A stretch of 48,018 nt of DNA from Desulfatiglandales bacterium (GTDB taxonomy: Bacteria; Desulfobacterota; DSM-4660; Desulfatiglandales; B25-G16): positions 1 through 48,018 of the forward strand of contig JAWOBA010000012.1 in NCBI GenBank assembly GCA_046498285.1. Direction: 5' to 3'. A program made the translations under genes and the position numbers. The notes under the pieces are model-generated. The model was not told the origin of the DNA, made no database searches, and saw only the letters and a list, made by a program, of their open reading frames with translations. Position 1 is the first letter of the stretch. Every line of letters starts with the position of its first letter. Shown here one piece after another: positions 20,087 through 30,307 of this stretch.

Positions 20087-20866
20087 CTACCGGACAACTC
20101 CCCTTTTTGAGCTAGCTAAAAAATCAAGCAACATCTGCAATTCCTTAAAATTCGGTATCTCTCTTCGAACCCTTTCCAATGCTTCATTCAATAAATGATG
20201 ATCGCGCCATATAATCTTATAGGCCCTTTTGAGGTCATTGATTACTTCGTTAGAAAATCCTTCTCTTTTAAGGCCCATATGATTTAATCCATATAACTTG
20301 ACTCTGTCTCCTGAGGCTATCATGAAAGGGGGGATATCTTTGACTGTTGCTGATTTCCCTCCAATAAAAGCGTATGGACCTATCCTGACAAATTGATGTA
20401 TGGCTACAAGACCGCCAATAATGGCATGGTCGCCGATTTCTATATGGCCACCAAGCGTTGCAGCATTTGACATGATAATGGAATTTCCTAGCGTGCAATC
20501 ATGGGCTATGTGGGCATAGGCCATGAGGTAATTATTGTTGCCAATTTTTGTAACTCTATCCTGTTTAGTGGTAGCCCGATTAATGGTTACAAACTCCCTA
20601 ATTATATTTTCATCACCAATAATAACCCTGGTATCCTCCCCCTGATACCCGATATCTTGAGGAGGTAAACCAACAGATACAAAGGGATAAATTCTATTTT
20701 TCTCCCCTATAGTAGTATTTCCATCTATTACTACATGAGAACCAATCACAGTATCCCTGCCTACTTCTACCTGTCCGCCTATAATTGAAAAGGGTCCGAC
20801 TGTAACCCCATCAGCTATTTTTGCCTTTGGTGATACTACTGCAGATGCATGGATATCTATTCCCAT
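20087..20866 (-). CDS. lpxA: UDP-GlcNAc O-acyltransferase
   Basis: Hexapeptide repeats, PQD, IREFVTI, HIAHDC, HQFVRIG. Confidence 0.96.
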   Translation of the reverse strand: MGIDIHASAVVSPKAKIADGVTVGPFSIIGGQVEVGRDTVIGSHVVIDGNTTIGEKNRIYPFVSVGLPPQDIGYQGEDTRVIIGDENIIREFVTINRATTKQDRVTKIGNNNYLMAYAHIAHDCTLGNSIIMSNAATLGGHIEIGDHAIIGGLVAIHQFVRIGPYAFIGGKSATVKDIPPFMIASGDRVKLYGLNHMGLKREGFSNEVINDLKRAYKIIWRDHHLLNEALERVRREIPNFKELQMLLDFLASSKRGVVR

Positions 20867-20870
20867 TTCT

Positions 20871-21317
20871 TTACCTTAACGCAGCTACTAACTCAGCTTG
20901 TGCCGCTATTTCCTTATGTACCATTGCCGTGCCTTTCATTTTCCATATCCTGCTTCCTTTTCTCATGGCAGTCAGTTCAAAAATAATCTGATCGCCTGGA
21001 AAAATCGGCCTTCGAAATCTTACCTTGTCAATAGCCACAAAATATATTGCATCATCCCCTTTCTTTGACATGCTTTCCGGTTCCGATAATCTGGCAAGAA
21101 TTCCTCCTACTTGAGCCATGGCCTCTATCACCAAAACGCCAGGCATAATGGGTTTTTCTGGAAAATGGCCCGTGAAAAAATATTCATTAATAGTTACATT
21201 CTTGATCCCAACTACCCTCTCACCAATCTCGAGTTCTGTTATTATATCCACAAATAGAAATGGGGGACGGTGCGGAAGTATTTTTATAATATCCTTGTAA
21301 GTAAGAGGTAAATCCAT
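20871..21317 (-). CDS. fabZ: 3-hydroxyacyl-ACP dehydratase
   Basis: LPHRPPFLFVD, GHFPEKPIMPGVL. Confidence 0.96.
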   Translation of the reverse strand: MDLPLTYKDIIKILPHRPPFLFVDIITELEIGERVVGIKNVTINEYFFTGHFPEKPIMPGVLVIEAMAQVGGILARLSEPESMSKKGDDAIYFVAIDKVRFRRPIFPGDQIIFELTAMRKGSRIWKMKGTAMVHKEIAAQAELVAALR

Positions 21318-21324
21318 TTTCCAC

Positions 21325-22359
21325 CTATCTTTCCTTTAATTGTTCTTTTAACTCCTTAAGTTCTTTTTCTAATTCTTTCAACCTTTCAGAATATTCAGGG
21401 AGTTTCTTGATATGGTTTCTTGTCCTTAGCCAAAGATGATGAGGCATTGTCGGGATACCAGAAACCACTTGACCTGCAGGAATAGATTTGGATACACCAG
21501 ATTTTGAACCAATCATTACTCGATCGCCAATCTCAATATGGTCCGTAAACCCAACCTGCCCCCCGATAATTACATTATTTCCTATTTTAGTGCTTCCTGC
21601 TATGCCAACCTGAGCAACAACAATGGTATTCTCACCAATAGCTACATTATGCCCAATCTGAACAAGATTATCGATCTTTACTCCTTTCCCTATTTTTGTC
21701 TTTCCAAGGGCAGCCCTATCAATGGCATTCTGTGCCCCAATTTCAACCTCATCCTCTATTTGCACAATTCCTGTTTGTGGAATTTTTATGTTTATATCAC
21801 CATCCTTAGCAAAACCGAAACCATCACTTCCTATGACAGTCCCTGCGTGGATTATTACATTCTTTCCTATTATACAGTCAGACATTATTGTTACATTTGG
21901 ATAGAGAACGCTTTCCTTTCCTACTGTGACCCTGTCACCAATATAAACACCTGGAAAAAGAGTGACTTCATTCCCTATTATGGACTCCTTGCCAACATAA
22001 ACAAAGGGATAGATAGACACATCTTTTCCTATATGAACTCCTTCTGCAATAATGGATTTTTCACTTATTCCTGGAAAACGAGGAGTCTGGGAAGCAAATA
22101 TGGTTGCAACCTTAGCGTAAGCAAGGGTGGGATCAGCAACTACCAATTGTGGACCTTGATACAGACTGATGGGCTCCTTAACAATAACAGCAGACGCCTT
22201 TGTTGTCTTGACCTGATCCTTTAATCGTGGGTCTGACAAAAAAGATATCTCACCTTTCTCGGCCAAAGCAAGGGAATTGATCCCTCTTATTAAAACCTGA
22301 GCATCGCCTTCTATAGTGCCAGATACTGATTCAGCTATGTGCCTAAGGGTTACTTCCAA
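21325..22359 (-). CDS. lpxD: UDP-3-O-acylglucosamine N-acyltransferase
   Basis: Hexapeptide repeats, [22 protein letters not shown]; TTG start. Confidence 0.95.
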   Translation of the reverse strand: MEVTLRHIAESVSGTIEGDAQVLIRGINSLALAEKGEISFLSDPRLKDQVKTTKASAVIVKEPISLYQGPQLVVADPTLAYAKVATIFASQTPRFPGISEKSIIAEGVHIGKDVSIYPFVYVGKESIIGNEVTLFPGVYIGDRVTVGKESVLYPNVTIMSDCIIGKNVIIHAGTVIGSDGFGFAKDGDINIKIPQTGIVQIEDEVEIGAQNAIDRAALGKTKIGKGVKIDNLVQIGHNVAIGENTIVVAQVGIAGSTKIGNNVIIGGQVGFTDHIEIGDRVMIGSKSGVSKSIPAGQVVSGIPTMPHHLWLRTRNHIKKLPEYSERLKELEKELKELKEQLKER

Positions 22360-22502
22360 TGGTAAACACTACCTCATGTGTGCTATAGCCCACCCATCGC
22401 CTTCCAAGACCGGAAAATCGAAAGACGCAGTGAATCAAAGTTTTTAAGGCTATCATGCTCTGTCTGTTCCGAACAACTTATTAAAACCATCCGCTCTTTA
22501 TT

Positions 22503-23027
22503 TTATTCCTTCACCTGGTCGTAGGCCTTGATAACCTGGTCAGTAATATCGATTGCCTTAGAAAAATACAGAACTCCTCCTGCCCGTTTTTCTATGATCA
22601 AGGTATACTTTTCCTGAGAGCCAATCTTTTCAACAACCTTTTCTAACTCTGTGAATATACGCTTTTTTTCTTTTTCCTGTGCCTTTGCCATCTCTTCATT
22701 TAAATCCTTGTAAAGATATTGCAGCTCTCTGCCTTTTCTTTCAATTGTCTTCTCTTTATCTTCCTGGGCATCCATACTCAACATCATAGTCTGCTTATCT
22801 AATTCCTTTTGTAATTCCACAATTTCTTTCTGCCTTGTATCAAGCTCCTGCTGTAGATCATCTTTTTTCTTCTTGAGCATTTCCAAGACCTTAAGCCCCT
22901 CCTTAGATTCCTGCAGGCATCTTTGAAGATCAATTAAACCAATCCTTGCAACATCCTCCGCTAAAACTACATTATAAGCTAACAGGATTATAATAATAAT
23001 AGGAGAAAATAATATACCCTTTTTCAT
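22503..23027 (-). CDS. skp: Periplasmic chaperone Skp/OmpH
   Basis: Signal peptide, IGLIDLQ, coiled coil, DITDQVI; upstream of lpxD; start at MKKGIL with GGAG RBS. Confidence 0.9.
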   Translation of the reverse strand: MKKGILFSPIIIIILLAYNVVLAEDVARIGLIDLQRCLQESKEGLKVLEMLKKKKDDLQQELDTRQKEIVELQKELDKQTMMLSMDAQEDKEKTIERKGRELQYLYKDLNEEMAKAQEKEKKRIFTELEKVVEKIGSQEKYTLIIEKRAGGVLYFSKAIDITDQVIKAYDQVKE

Positions 23028-23630
23028 ACATAACTCCATCCTTGATATGATTGTTATTAGGTAAAAATAAAGGAATAAAAACCTCACTTTTAATATTACA
23101 TTATTCTCCTCATAGGAGTCAACCACGTTAAAATCATAAATATATTGAATCTACTAAAGTTATCAGTGGCAGGTTTATGGTTTTATGATGAAATCGGCAT
23201 TGCTTGCCGTATCTTCATCATACTAGTCTTCGCCTGCCATTTAATATGCAGGCATACTCTTCTATTCCGACTTGAAATACTGATGATGATATGAATTATT
23301 TTTTTACTCCATTCATCATTGTTCAAGGTATTGAACGAACTGAGACCTATTTTCTTTTCCAATCTCTTTATACAACTGAAGATCCCATGCCATAGCCTTG
23401 GCTGCTTCTTGATCCAGAAATCTCCATGATTCTATATCAGATAGCATGTAATTATAGAAAAATTTCTTCACGTTTTTTTCTTGTTCCTCCCAACCTTATC
23501 ACCTCCACCGCTGAGGAAAAAGCCCTTCAACGTTCTTAACTTCTTTTTTTCAATTATAGGCATAACATTTCTCATCATTAGGCAACAAAATTACGCTTAA
23601 ACCCAGATGTTGTAAGAGCAAAATCCGGGT

Positions 23631-24863
23631 TTAAGTCAAAGATATTATATCTTGTGGCTGATGATCAAGGGCCAAAAGCAAGAGCAAATAACGTTTCAGG
23701 CTTTTCGTGATTAAAAATTCATCTTTTACCCGTTGGTGGCCATTTTCCCCAAGTGTTCTTGCCAGTTCTGGTTGGCTAAGAAGCTTTCGGATCTGCAGGC
23801 TGGCTCCTTCCACCGAATGGACCAGCATCCCGGTGAAACCATGGATGATTTGGGCGGGAATACCGCCTACCGACCCCCCGATCACTGGGCGATATTTCCA
23901 AAGGGCCTCCGAGACAGTCAATGCAAAACCTTCACGTATGGATTTTTGCACAACGATATCTGAGGCACGTTGAAAGGCATTTATCTCTGTGGCAATGGAC
24001 TGAGTTAGAAAGATTATATGGATATCCGGGTTATCTCCGGACTCCTCTTTGACTTTTGTGAGAATAGTCTCCGACTCAGGATCATCAGCAGCCTTGTCTC
24101 CAACAAGGAGAAGCCGGCAATCTACATTTTTTCGAGCCATTTTAAAAGCCTGAATCACCCCCACGGGATCTTTCCATGGATCGTAACGAGAAATCTGAGA
24201 AATGATAGGTTTATCTCTGGGTATTTTATATTTTTCCAGAGTGCTGTTGATATAAGCGACATCCAAATCTTTATTTTTATCAGCCAATGGGTCGATTGCC
24301 GGATAAAATCGATATTGAGGGATAGATAACTCGGGAGAAAAAAGGGGTGAGGAAAAGATAGCTGCATCATATTGCTCTATATATGGCCTCAAAAATTCCC
24401 AAACCTGTCTGTTAGGATTAGACATATCGATGTGGCAGCGCCATACCCATTTATTTTTCCAGTGGGGAGACCGTTGGATTAAGGCAGCAGGTTGAGGATC
24501 GTGAATCACAATGAGGTCTTCATCGAAATTCATTTCACTGCTATTCATCTCGTTATAGGCCAGGTAGGCATTAAAGGCTTTTTCCGGTAAAATTTCTTCA
24601 TTCCCCTGTAAGGCATTGTGGAAGGCCTTGGTGATATCAAAGAAATCAGAACCACCCTTAATCACTTCCCATTTGGTTTCTACGCCAAGCTCATTGAGAA
24701 GTGGAACAATACAGTGGAGCATTTCAGCTACCCCACCTCCCGTGGCTGTGGAGTTCACCATCTTGATGGATCGTTTTCCTACATGCGAGGCAAGGATGTA
24801 AAGCTCTTCAATAATATCTTTACCCACGACTGATTCATAATCAGACAATGTAGAAATATTCAT
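23631..24863 (-). CDS. treT: Trehalose glycosyltransferring synthase TreT-like GT4
   Basis: NSTATGGGVAE, IHDPQP, WRCHID, SRYDPWKDP, EGFALTVSEA. Confidence 0.85.
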   Translation of the reverse strand: MNISTLSDYESVVGKDIIEELYILASHVGKRSIKMVNSTATGGGVAEMLHCIVPLLNELGVETKWEVIKGGSDFFDITKAFHNALQGNEEILPEKAFNAYLAYNEMNSSEMNFDEDLIVIHDPQPAALIQRSPHWKNKWVWRCHIDMSNPNRQVWEFLRPYIEQYDAAIFSSPLFSPELSIPQYRFYPAIDPLADKNKDLDVAYINSTLEKYKIPRDKPIISQISRYDPWKDPVGVIQAFKMARKNVDCRLLLVGDKAADDPESETILTKVKEESGDNPDIHIIFLTQSIATEINAFQRASDIVVQKSIREGFALTVSEALWKYRPVIGGSVGGIPAQIIHGFTGMLVHSVEGASLQIRKLLSQPELARTLGENGHQRVKDEFLITKSLKRYLLLLLALDHQPQDIISLT

Positions 24864-25223
24864 TTATCGCCTTCGAACTTTTTTTCTTACCTTAAGATTG
24901 TCTAACTCATAAAAGCTAATTTATCCCACAAGCAGCATCCTATGAACAACGAACTCGATGAAGTGAAGAAAAGTAAAAATAATCACTGATATCAATAATA
25001 ATACAAACACAACATGCAGATAAAACGATTTCGCTGGAAATCTCACTAAGTTGTAATTTCAAGCAGACCGAGAAATATTATCTTTATAACATACTGAAAA
25101 AACGTGGTTTCTCCCTACAGTCGAAATAACGAATCCAATGAATACGACTTGTATAAGCTTATCATATTTGAACGCCTCAAACGACTGCATTCAAGGCTCT
25201 GTTTTACTTGATTACACAGTGGG

Positions 25224-25886
25224 CTATGTATTGATTTTGTATAGATGTTGGTCGATCAATTTCTCTATCTTTGTCCTTATTGTGTTTAAGGTATAAACCA
25301 TAATGTCGATATCTCTTATGTCTTGTGCTAATTGTTTAAGACCGAGACTCTGCTCTATCCACGTAGAGATATCATCTAAATGAAGTTGATTATACAATCT
25401 AGATTCAATAAAATGAAAATATAGTGAGTCAATACTGATGCTATCAAGCACCTCCCGAAATGATTTCAAATTGTATGCAAATTTATCTGTTAAATAAACG
25501 ATCCTCGTTACATCACAGAGATAAAAAGGCTCATCCGCGTTTTTTTCAAATGCTGATGGATTCTGATTTCTGAAAGCCTTAATAATTTCAACTATGCGCA
25601 ACTTTAAGCTCTCTATGGTATTATATTCAGTCAAATTAATATTCCCCAATTGTTCTGACAGGGCCTCCTCATGAAGATTTCTGGAGATCCAAGCAGCAAA
25701 ATCATTGGTATAAGGAACGTGAATTTCCCGAAACTTTCGTAAGGCAGAAAAGGTATGATAGAAAATTGACGAAAGAGTACAGGAATCAATAAGTTTAAGC
25801 AACGCATCAAGATTACATGCCTTTTTCCCGCTTAGTCTTTCCAAATAAGCACTGGAAGAAAATTGAAATACATACCTTTCAGCCAT
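25224..25886 (-). CDS. DUF5752-like protein (usually adjacent to TreT)
   Basis: Internal duplication SIFYH..NDFAAW / SLYFH..DDISTW; upstream of treT. Confidence 0.7.
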   Translation of the reverse strand: MAERYVFQFSSSAYLERLSGKKACNLDALLKLIDSCTLSSIFYHTFSALRKFREIHVPYTNDFAAWISRNLHEEALSEQLGNINLTEYNTIESLKLRIVEIIKAFRNQNPSAFEKNADEPFYLCDVTRIVYLTDKFAYNLKSFREVLDSISIDSLYFHFIESRLYNQLHLDDISTWIEQSLGLKQLAQDIRDIDIMVYTLNTIRTKIEKLIDQHLYKINT

Positions 25887-26433
25887 TTGCCTCACCTAGC
25901 TATACATATTGTTCTTCAAAAAAAACTATCTTGTATTTAGTTTTTCATGTTGAAACAAGAAAATTACCTTACATAAGGTAGAATATTTTAAAATACAGAT
26001 TATTAATCAAAACTTCAAGCCTTCTTCCCTCTCTCTATTCCTCATATCTTTACCGCCACCTTTTAATACCCTACCCAGAAGGGGATATAAAGGCAAATAC
26101 TGCCAATATTTTGGTGTTTTGTAGCATCCTATTCTTTAATGAATCGTCCCGCTTGGGCGGGAGTAAACATTGTTCCTGCGGGCATTGCCTTCCAATATAT
26201 TTAATTCTTAAAGCGATACATACTCCAAATGCTTATAAATCCCACGTGCATATATCACACACTCTTCCTATCTCAGATATCTATAGGTTTTTCTTTTCTT
26301 TGTTTATAAAATGATATTCAAAAACCCTATCTAAAGAAAAATACTTTTTTTCTCTTTTTTAGACTTTACACAAAATAACATACATTACCATTGCCAAAAT
26401 AATCTACGAAGTGTATGAAGTGCGTGAGTGATT

Positions 26434-26731
26434 GAGACCTTTGCATAACCCCTATTGATCTAAAGACGATGGGCTTTTTTGAAGTGACCGGTGGCTTCCG
26501 GCTCGTAGAGCCTCCCGCTCGGAGAGAAGGGTGCTGTCTTTTCGTAACGTATCAGTGGGGGAACCCGCAGGCCCCGATTTATCCGGGCAATGCGGAGAGG
26601 CCAAAATTTATCTCTGGCGGGCTCCCCCATGGATACGTTGCTGAAAAGACCAGCCCGAGAGCCTCGGAACTGAAAAAAAGTCCATCGTCTTTTTGAGGAT
26701 GATGAAAATCGCCAGCTTTTTCAAAGGTCTC
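26434..26731. mobile_element. MITE, GAGACCTTTG family, with nested insertions
   Basis: TIR GAGACCTTTG/CAAAGGTCTC; 5-bp TSD TGATT (26429-26433, 26732-26736); ends reversed relative to the 3606 copy. Confidence 0.9.
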
Positions 26732-26908
26732 TGATTATAGGGAACTATGACGCAATAGGTTCCTTCTGTTTAAGCCAAAGATATTGACCTTCCGCTCATC
26801 AGTTCAGAAAAGATCGTATTGCACGAATATTAGGTTGTACGTTATAGCCTTGTGACTACTTATGTGGTATTTATTTAATGATTTTCTCTAATTGAAAGGA
26901 ACTTTCAT

Positions 26909-28987
26909 ATGAAAGATACTATTAAATGGGTAAAAACCCATTGTGCAAGAATGGATCATGGAGGTTGTGCACTATTAGTAGGTGTGAAAGATAACAAAAT
27001 CGTTAGTGTGAAAGGAGATCCGAATGGCTTTTTAAACAAGGGGTATGTGTGCGCAAAAGGAATTGCATCACCTGATCGTCTTACCCATCCTGATCGCCTC
27101 AAACATCCTTTGAAAAGAGCAGGAAAGCGAGGTGAAGGAAAATGGCAACAAATATCCTGGCAAGATGCATTAACTGATATTGTTGAAAATTTAACTAACA
27201 TAAAAGAAAAGTATGGTGCAAAAGGAGTTGCCTTCGGAGTTGGCATGCCCAAAGGCTTGGAGCACTTTGTTTTAATCAGGTTAGCCAATATCTTTGGGTC
27301 TCCTAATGTTATCGCATCTCAGGATGTATGCCATGCCCCTCGAGAGATAACCGGTGTTCATACATGCGGATTTTATCCTGTTGCTAATCTGCATCACAAA
27401 AGCAAGCTCGCTATGTTGTGGGCAAGCAATATCAACTCCACAAATGAGGAGGGAGAAATCTGCAGCATGCTCTTAGATCAGTTAAGACATGGTACCGAAC
27501 TGATCGTTGTTGACCCGAGAAAGATCGATTTGGTGAAAAAAGCTAAGAAGTGGATACAGCTGAGACCCGGAACAGACCACGCACTTGCACTGGGATTTCT
27601 AAATGTCATTATCGAAGAATCTTTATATGATAAGGATTTTGTTGAAAAATGGACCTATGGTTTTGCTAATCTGGCAAATCATGTTAAACAATATACCCCT
27701 GAAAAAGTGGCTGAGATCACCTGGGTTTCCCCTGATCTCATTCGAGATACAGCACGATTATATGCCACATCAAAACCTGCTGTTATTCAATGGGGAAACC
27801 CGATTGAGCATAATATACATACCTTTGACACAACACGGGCACTCATTTGCTTGATGGCAATATGTGGCAATCTTGATGTCCCCGGCGGTAATGTACATGC
27901 AAAAGATCCGAAGATCATGGGCTTAGGGCAATTTGTCCGTGCTGATCTTATTCCAAACAAGAGAAAGGAAATGATCAGCACCTATCATAATATTATACCT
28001 AGATTGATGACCATTCCACCATCTTTCTTTAAAAAGGCAATCCTTGAGGGCATACCTTACCCCATTAAGGGATTCTATGCTATGTGTGCAAATCCCATGT
28101 TATCCTATGCAGATAGCAGACAGACATTTGAGGCATTTATGAATCTTGATTTTATAGCAGTAGCTGATTTATTCATGACGCCTACAGCAGCTATGGCAGA
28201 TATAGTGCTCCCTGTCGCTAGCCAATTCGAGATGGATGATATCGGCCATTACGGACTTGGCCACGGCTTTATTCTATCCCGGCCCAAAGTAGTTGATCCA
28301 CCCGAGGAGTGTTGGCCTGATATAAAAATTATGAATGAACTGGGGAAACGTATTTCTCCTCAAGAATACTGGTATGATGACTATAACCAATTCCTGGAAG
28401 ATGTAGTCAAGCCAAGTGGTCTCACATATCACCAGTTTGTTGAAAAAGGTTATCTAAAAGGTCCTGACAGATTTAAGCTACATGAAGAAAAAGGCTTCCG
28501 AACCCCCACAGGGAAGGTTGAACTTACATTGAGCACAGCAGAAAAATTCAATCTACCGCCACTCCCGACATTTAAAGGACTACCAGAAGAAGAAAATCTT
28601 GAATATCCTTTGGTGCTAACTAATTCCAAAAGCCAGTATTACCTTCATTCATCCTATAGGTGGATTAAAAGGCTTAGAGAAAAAAGACCTGGTCCCAAGG
28701 CTGAAATACACCCCGATACTGCGATAAAGTATGGCATAAAAAATGGCGATGAGTTTATTATTGAAACAAGGTGTGGCAAGATAACACAAATTGCCCATTG
28801 CACCGATATTGTTGATCCACGAGTAATCAATGCCTCACATGGGTGGTGGTATCCGGAGGCAGACGCTGCATCTCTGTATGAATGGGAAAAATCCAATTTT
28901 AATATCCTTACCTCAACTGAAACATTGGGAAAAGAATTTGGAACACCCAACTTAAAGGCAATAGGATGTAGAATACGGAAAAAATAA
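26909..28987 (+). CDS. Cytoplasmic Mo/W-bisPGD oxidoreductase (DMSO reductase superfamily, acetylene hydratase-like)
   Basis: N-terminal Fe-S region C..DHGGC...CAKG, HPDRLKHPLKR, VVDPR, TAAMADIVLP, C-terminal cofactor-binding domain; no Tat signal. Confidence 0.88.
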   Translation: MKDTIKWVKTHCARMDHGGCALLVGVKDNKIVSVKGDPNGFLNKGYVCAKGIASPDRLTHPDRLKHPLKRAGKRGEGKWQQISWQDALTDIVENLTNIKEKYGAKGVAFGVGMPKGLEHFVLIRLANIFGSPNVIASQDVCHAPREITGVHTCGFYPVANLHHKSKLAMLWASNINSTNEEGEICSMLLDQLRHGTELIVVDPRKIDLVKKAKKWIQLRPGTDHALALGFLNVIIEESLYDKDFVEKWTYGFANLANHVKQYTPEKVAEITWVSPDLIRDTARLYATSKPAVIQWGNPIEHNIHTFDTTRALICLMAICGNLDVPGGNVHAKDPKIMGLGQFVRADLIPNKRKEMISTYHNIIPRLMTIPPSFFKKAILEGIPYPIKGFYAMCANPMLSYADSRQTFEAFMNLDFIAVADLFMTPTAAMADIVLPVASQFEMDDIGHYGLGHGFILSRPKVVDPPEECWPDIKIMNELGKRISPQEYWYDDYNQFLEDVVKPSGLTYHQFVEKGYLKGPDRFKLHEEKGFRTPTGKVELTLSTAEKFNLPPLPTFKGLPEEENLEYPLVLTNSKSQYYLHSSYRWIKRLREKRPGPKAEIHPDTAIKYGIKNGDEFIIETRCGKITQIAHCTDIVDPRVINASHGWWYPEADAASLYEWEKSNFNILTSTETLGKEFGTPNLKAIGCRIRKK

Positions 28988-29251
28988 ACACCTATTAAGT
29001 CCCCGAGAGCCTGACTCTCTTTCAGTCCCGTGATTGACCATGGCGGGCAGGCACAAAGGATATGAAATGGTCGAGAAAACATTGGAATTTATATAACCAT
29101 AGTGCCCGCCCTGACATCATTCTCATTAAATAACCTGTTTACGCTGTAAGGTACTTCACACAGATTCCGTAGATCAAAGCCTCCTCAAAGCAGGTCTGGA
29201 ACGGCAACTTCGTGTTTTGGCAGCAAAATATTCCAAACAGGGGATAGGATT

Positions 29252-29611
29252 TTGAATACACAAATTTTTTATACCATTGATGAGGTTTCAAAGATAACCA
29301 AGCTCCCTCAAAATCTAATTCGTCATTACATACGTGTGCTAAAAATAACAATAGCACCTGAACATTATCCTGATATTCATCCAAGACAGGTCAAAGGTGA
29401 ATTTCTTTTTTCCCGAAAAGATATAGATGAAATACTGAGATTTATTGACAAAAGAAAGGACGAATCCTGGGAGAAATGGCAACTCAGAATAATAAAAGAG
29501 ACAATGGCTGAAAGAAAATCAAAGCAAGATACCCATACTCGTAAACGAGCAAATCTAAGGCTCATACAAGGGAAAAAGAAAGACCATAACAATCAGGAAA
29601 ATAAAAAATGA
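29252..29611 (+). CDS. Small MerR-like helix-turn-helix protein
   Basis: YTIDEVSKIT..LIRHY and FSRKDI patterns; AGGA RBS before TTG. Confidence 0.55.
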   Translation: MNTQIFYTIDEVSKITKLPQNLIRHYIRVLKITIAPEHYPDIHPRQVKGEFLFSRKDIDEILRFIDKRKDESWEKWQLRIIKETMAERKSKQDTHTRKRANLRLIQGKKKDHNNQENKK

Positions 29612-29614
29612 GTG

Positions 29615-30307
29615 CTATTGCAAGGAAAACGCAACTGCTGCTTTTGAGTGAATGGTTGTCGTATCAAATATGGGTATCTCTACATCCTCCTGGCGAATCA
29701 AAAGCGGAATTTCCGTGCACCCTAAAATCAGTCCATCTGCACCATTTGCAACAAGCTTCCTGATAATTGCTTTGAATTTCTCCTTTGAAGACTGCATTAA
29801 TATTCCCAAACACAATTCATTATAAATAATACTATCTATGATTGCTCTATCAGTCTTCGAAGGTATTATAACATCAAGATGGTGTTTTACTTTTAATCTT
29901 TGTTTATAAAAATCCTCTTCCATGGTAAACTTTGTTCCCAGCAAACCGGGTTTTCTTAATCCCTGCTCTTTAATCTTTTCAGCCGCCGCATCAGCTATAT
30001 GCAGGAGGGGAATCTTTATACTGTCTTGCACTTCCTGGGCCATTTTATGCATAGTATTAGTACAAATTACAATACAATCAGCACCGGCACCTTCTACTTT
30101 CCGAGCAAAACTGATCATCAATTTTGTAAGCTTTTCCCACTCTCCTTGATGCTGTAAGCTTGCTATTAACTCAAAATCAACAGAGTACAAAATACATTTT
30201 GCCGAGTGGAGCTTACCAAGTCGTTCTTTTACAGTTTCATTGATAATCTTATAATATTCAGATGTTGATTCCCAGCTCATACCTCCAATGAGGCCAATTA
30301 TTTTCAT
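29615..30307 (-). CDS. Aspartate/glutamate racemase family (YgeA/RacX-like)
   Basis: IGLIGGMSWEST, catalytic CTNT and GCTE. Confidence 0.93.
   Translation of the reverse strand: MKIIGLIGGMSWESTSEYYKIINETVKERLGKLHSAKCILYSVDFELIASLQHQGEWEKLTKLMISFARKVEGAGADCIVICTNTMHKMAQEVQDSIKIPLLHIADAAAEKIKEQGLRKPGLLGTKFTMEEDFYKQRLKVKHHLDVIIPSKTDRAIIDSIIYNELCLGILMQSSKEKFKAIIRKLVANGADGLILGCTEIPLLIRQEDVEIPIFDTTTIHSKAAVAFSLQ

Noticed and set aside
21538-22224. 228-aa + strand ORF
   Set aside because: Antisense shadow of lpxD; the same applies to other short ORFs overlapping well-supported genes
23128-23590. 43-aa minus-strand ORF (MLSDIESWRF...) between treT and skp
   Set aside because: No RBS at proper spacing and no recognisable similarity
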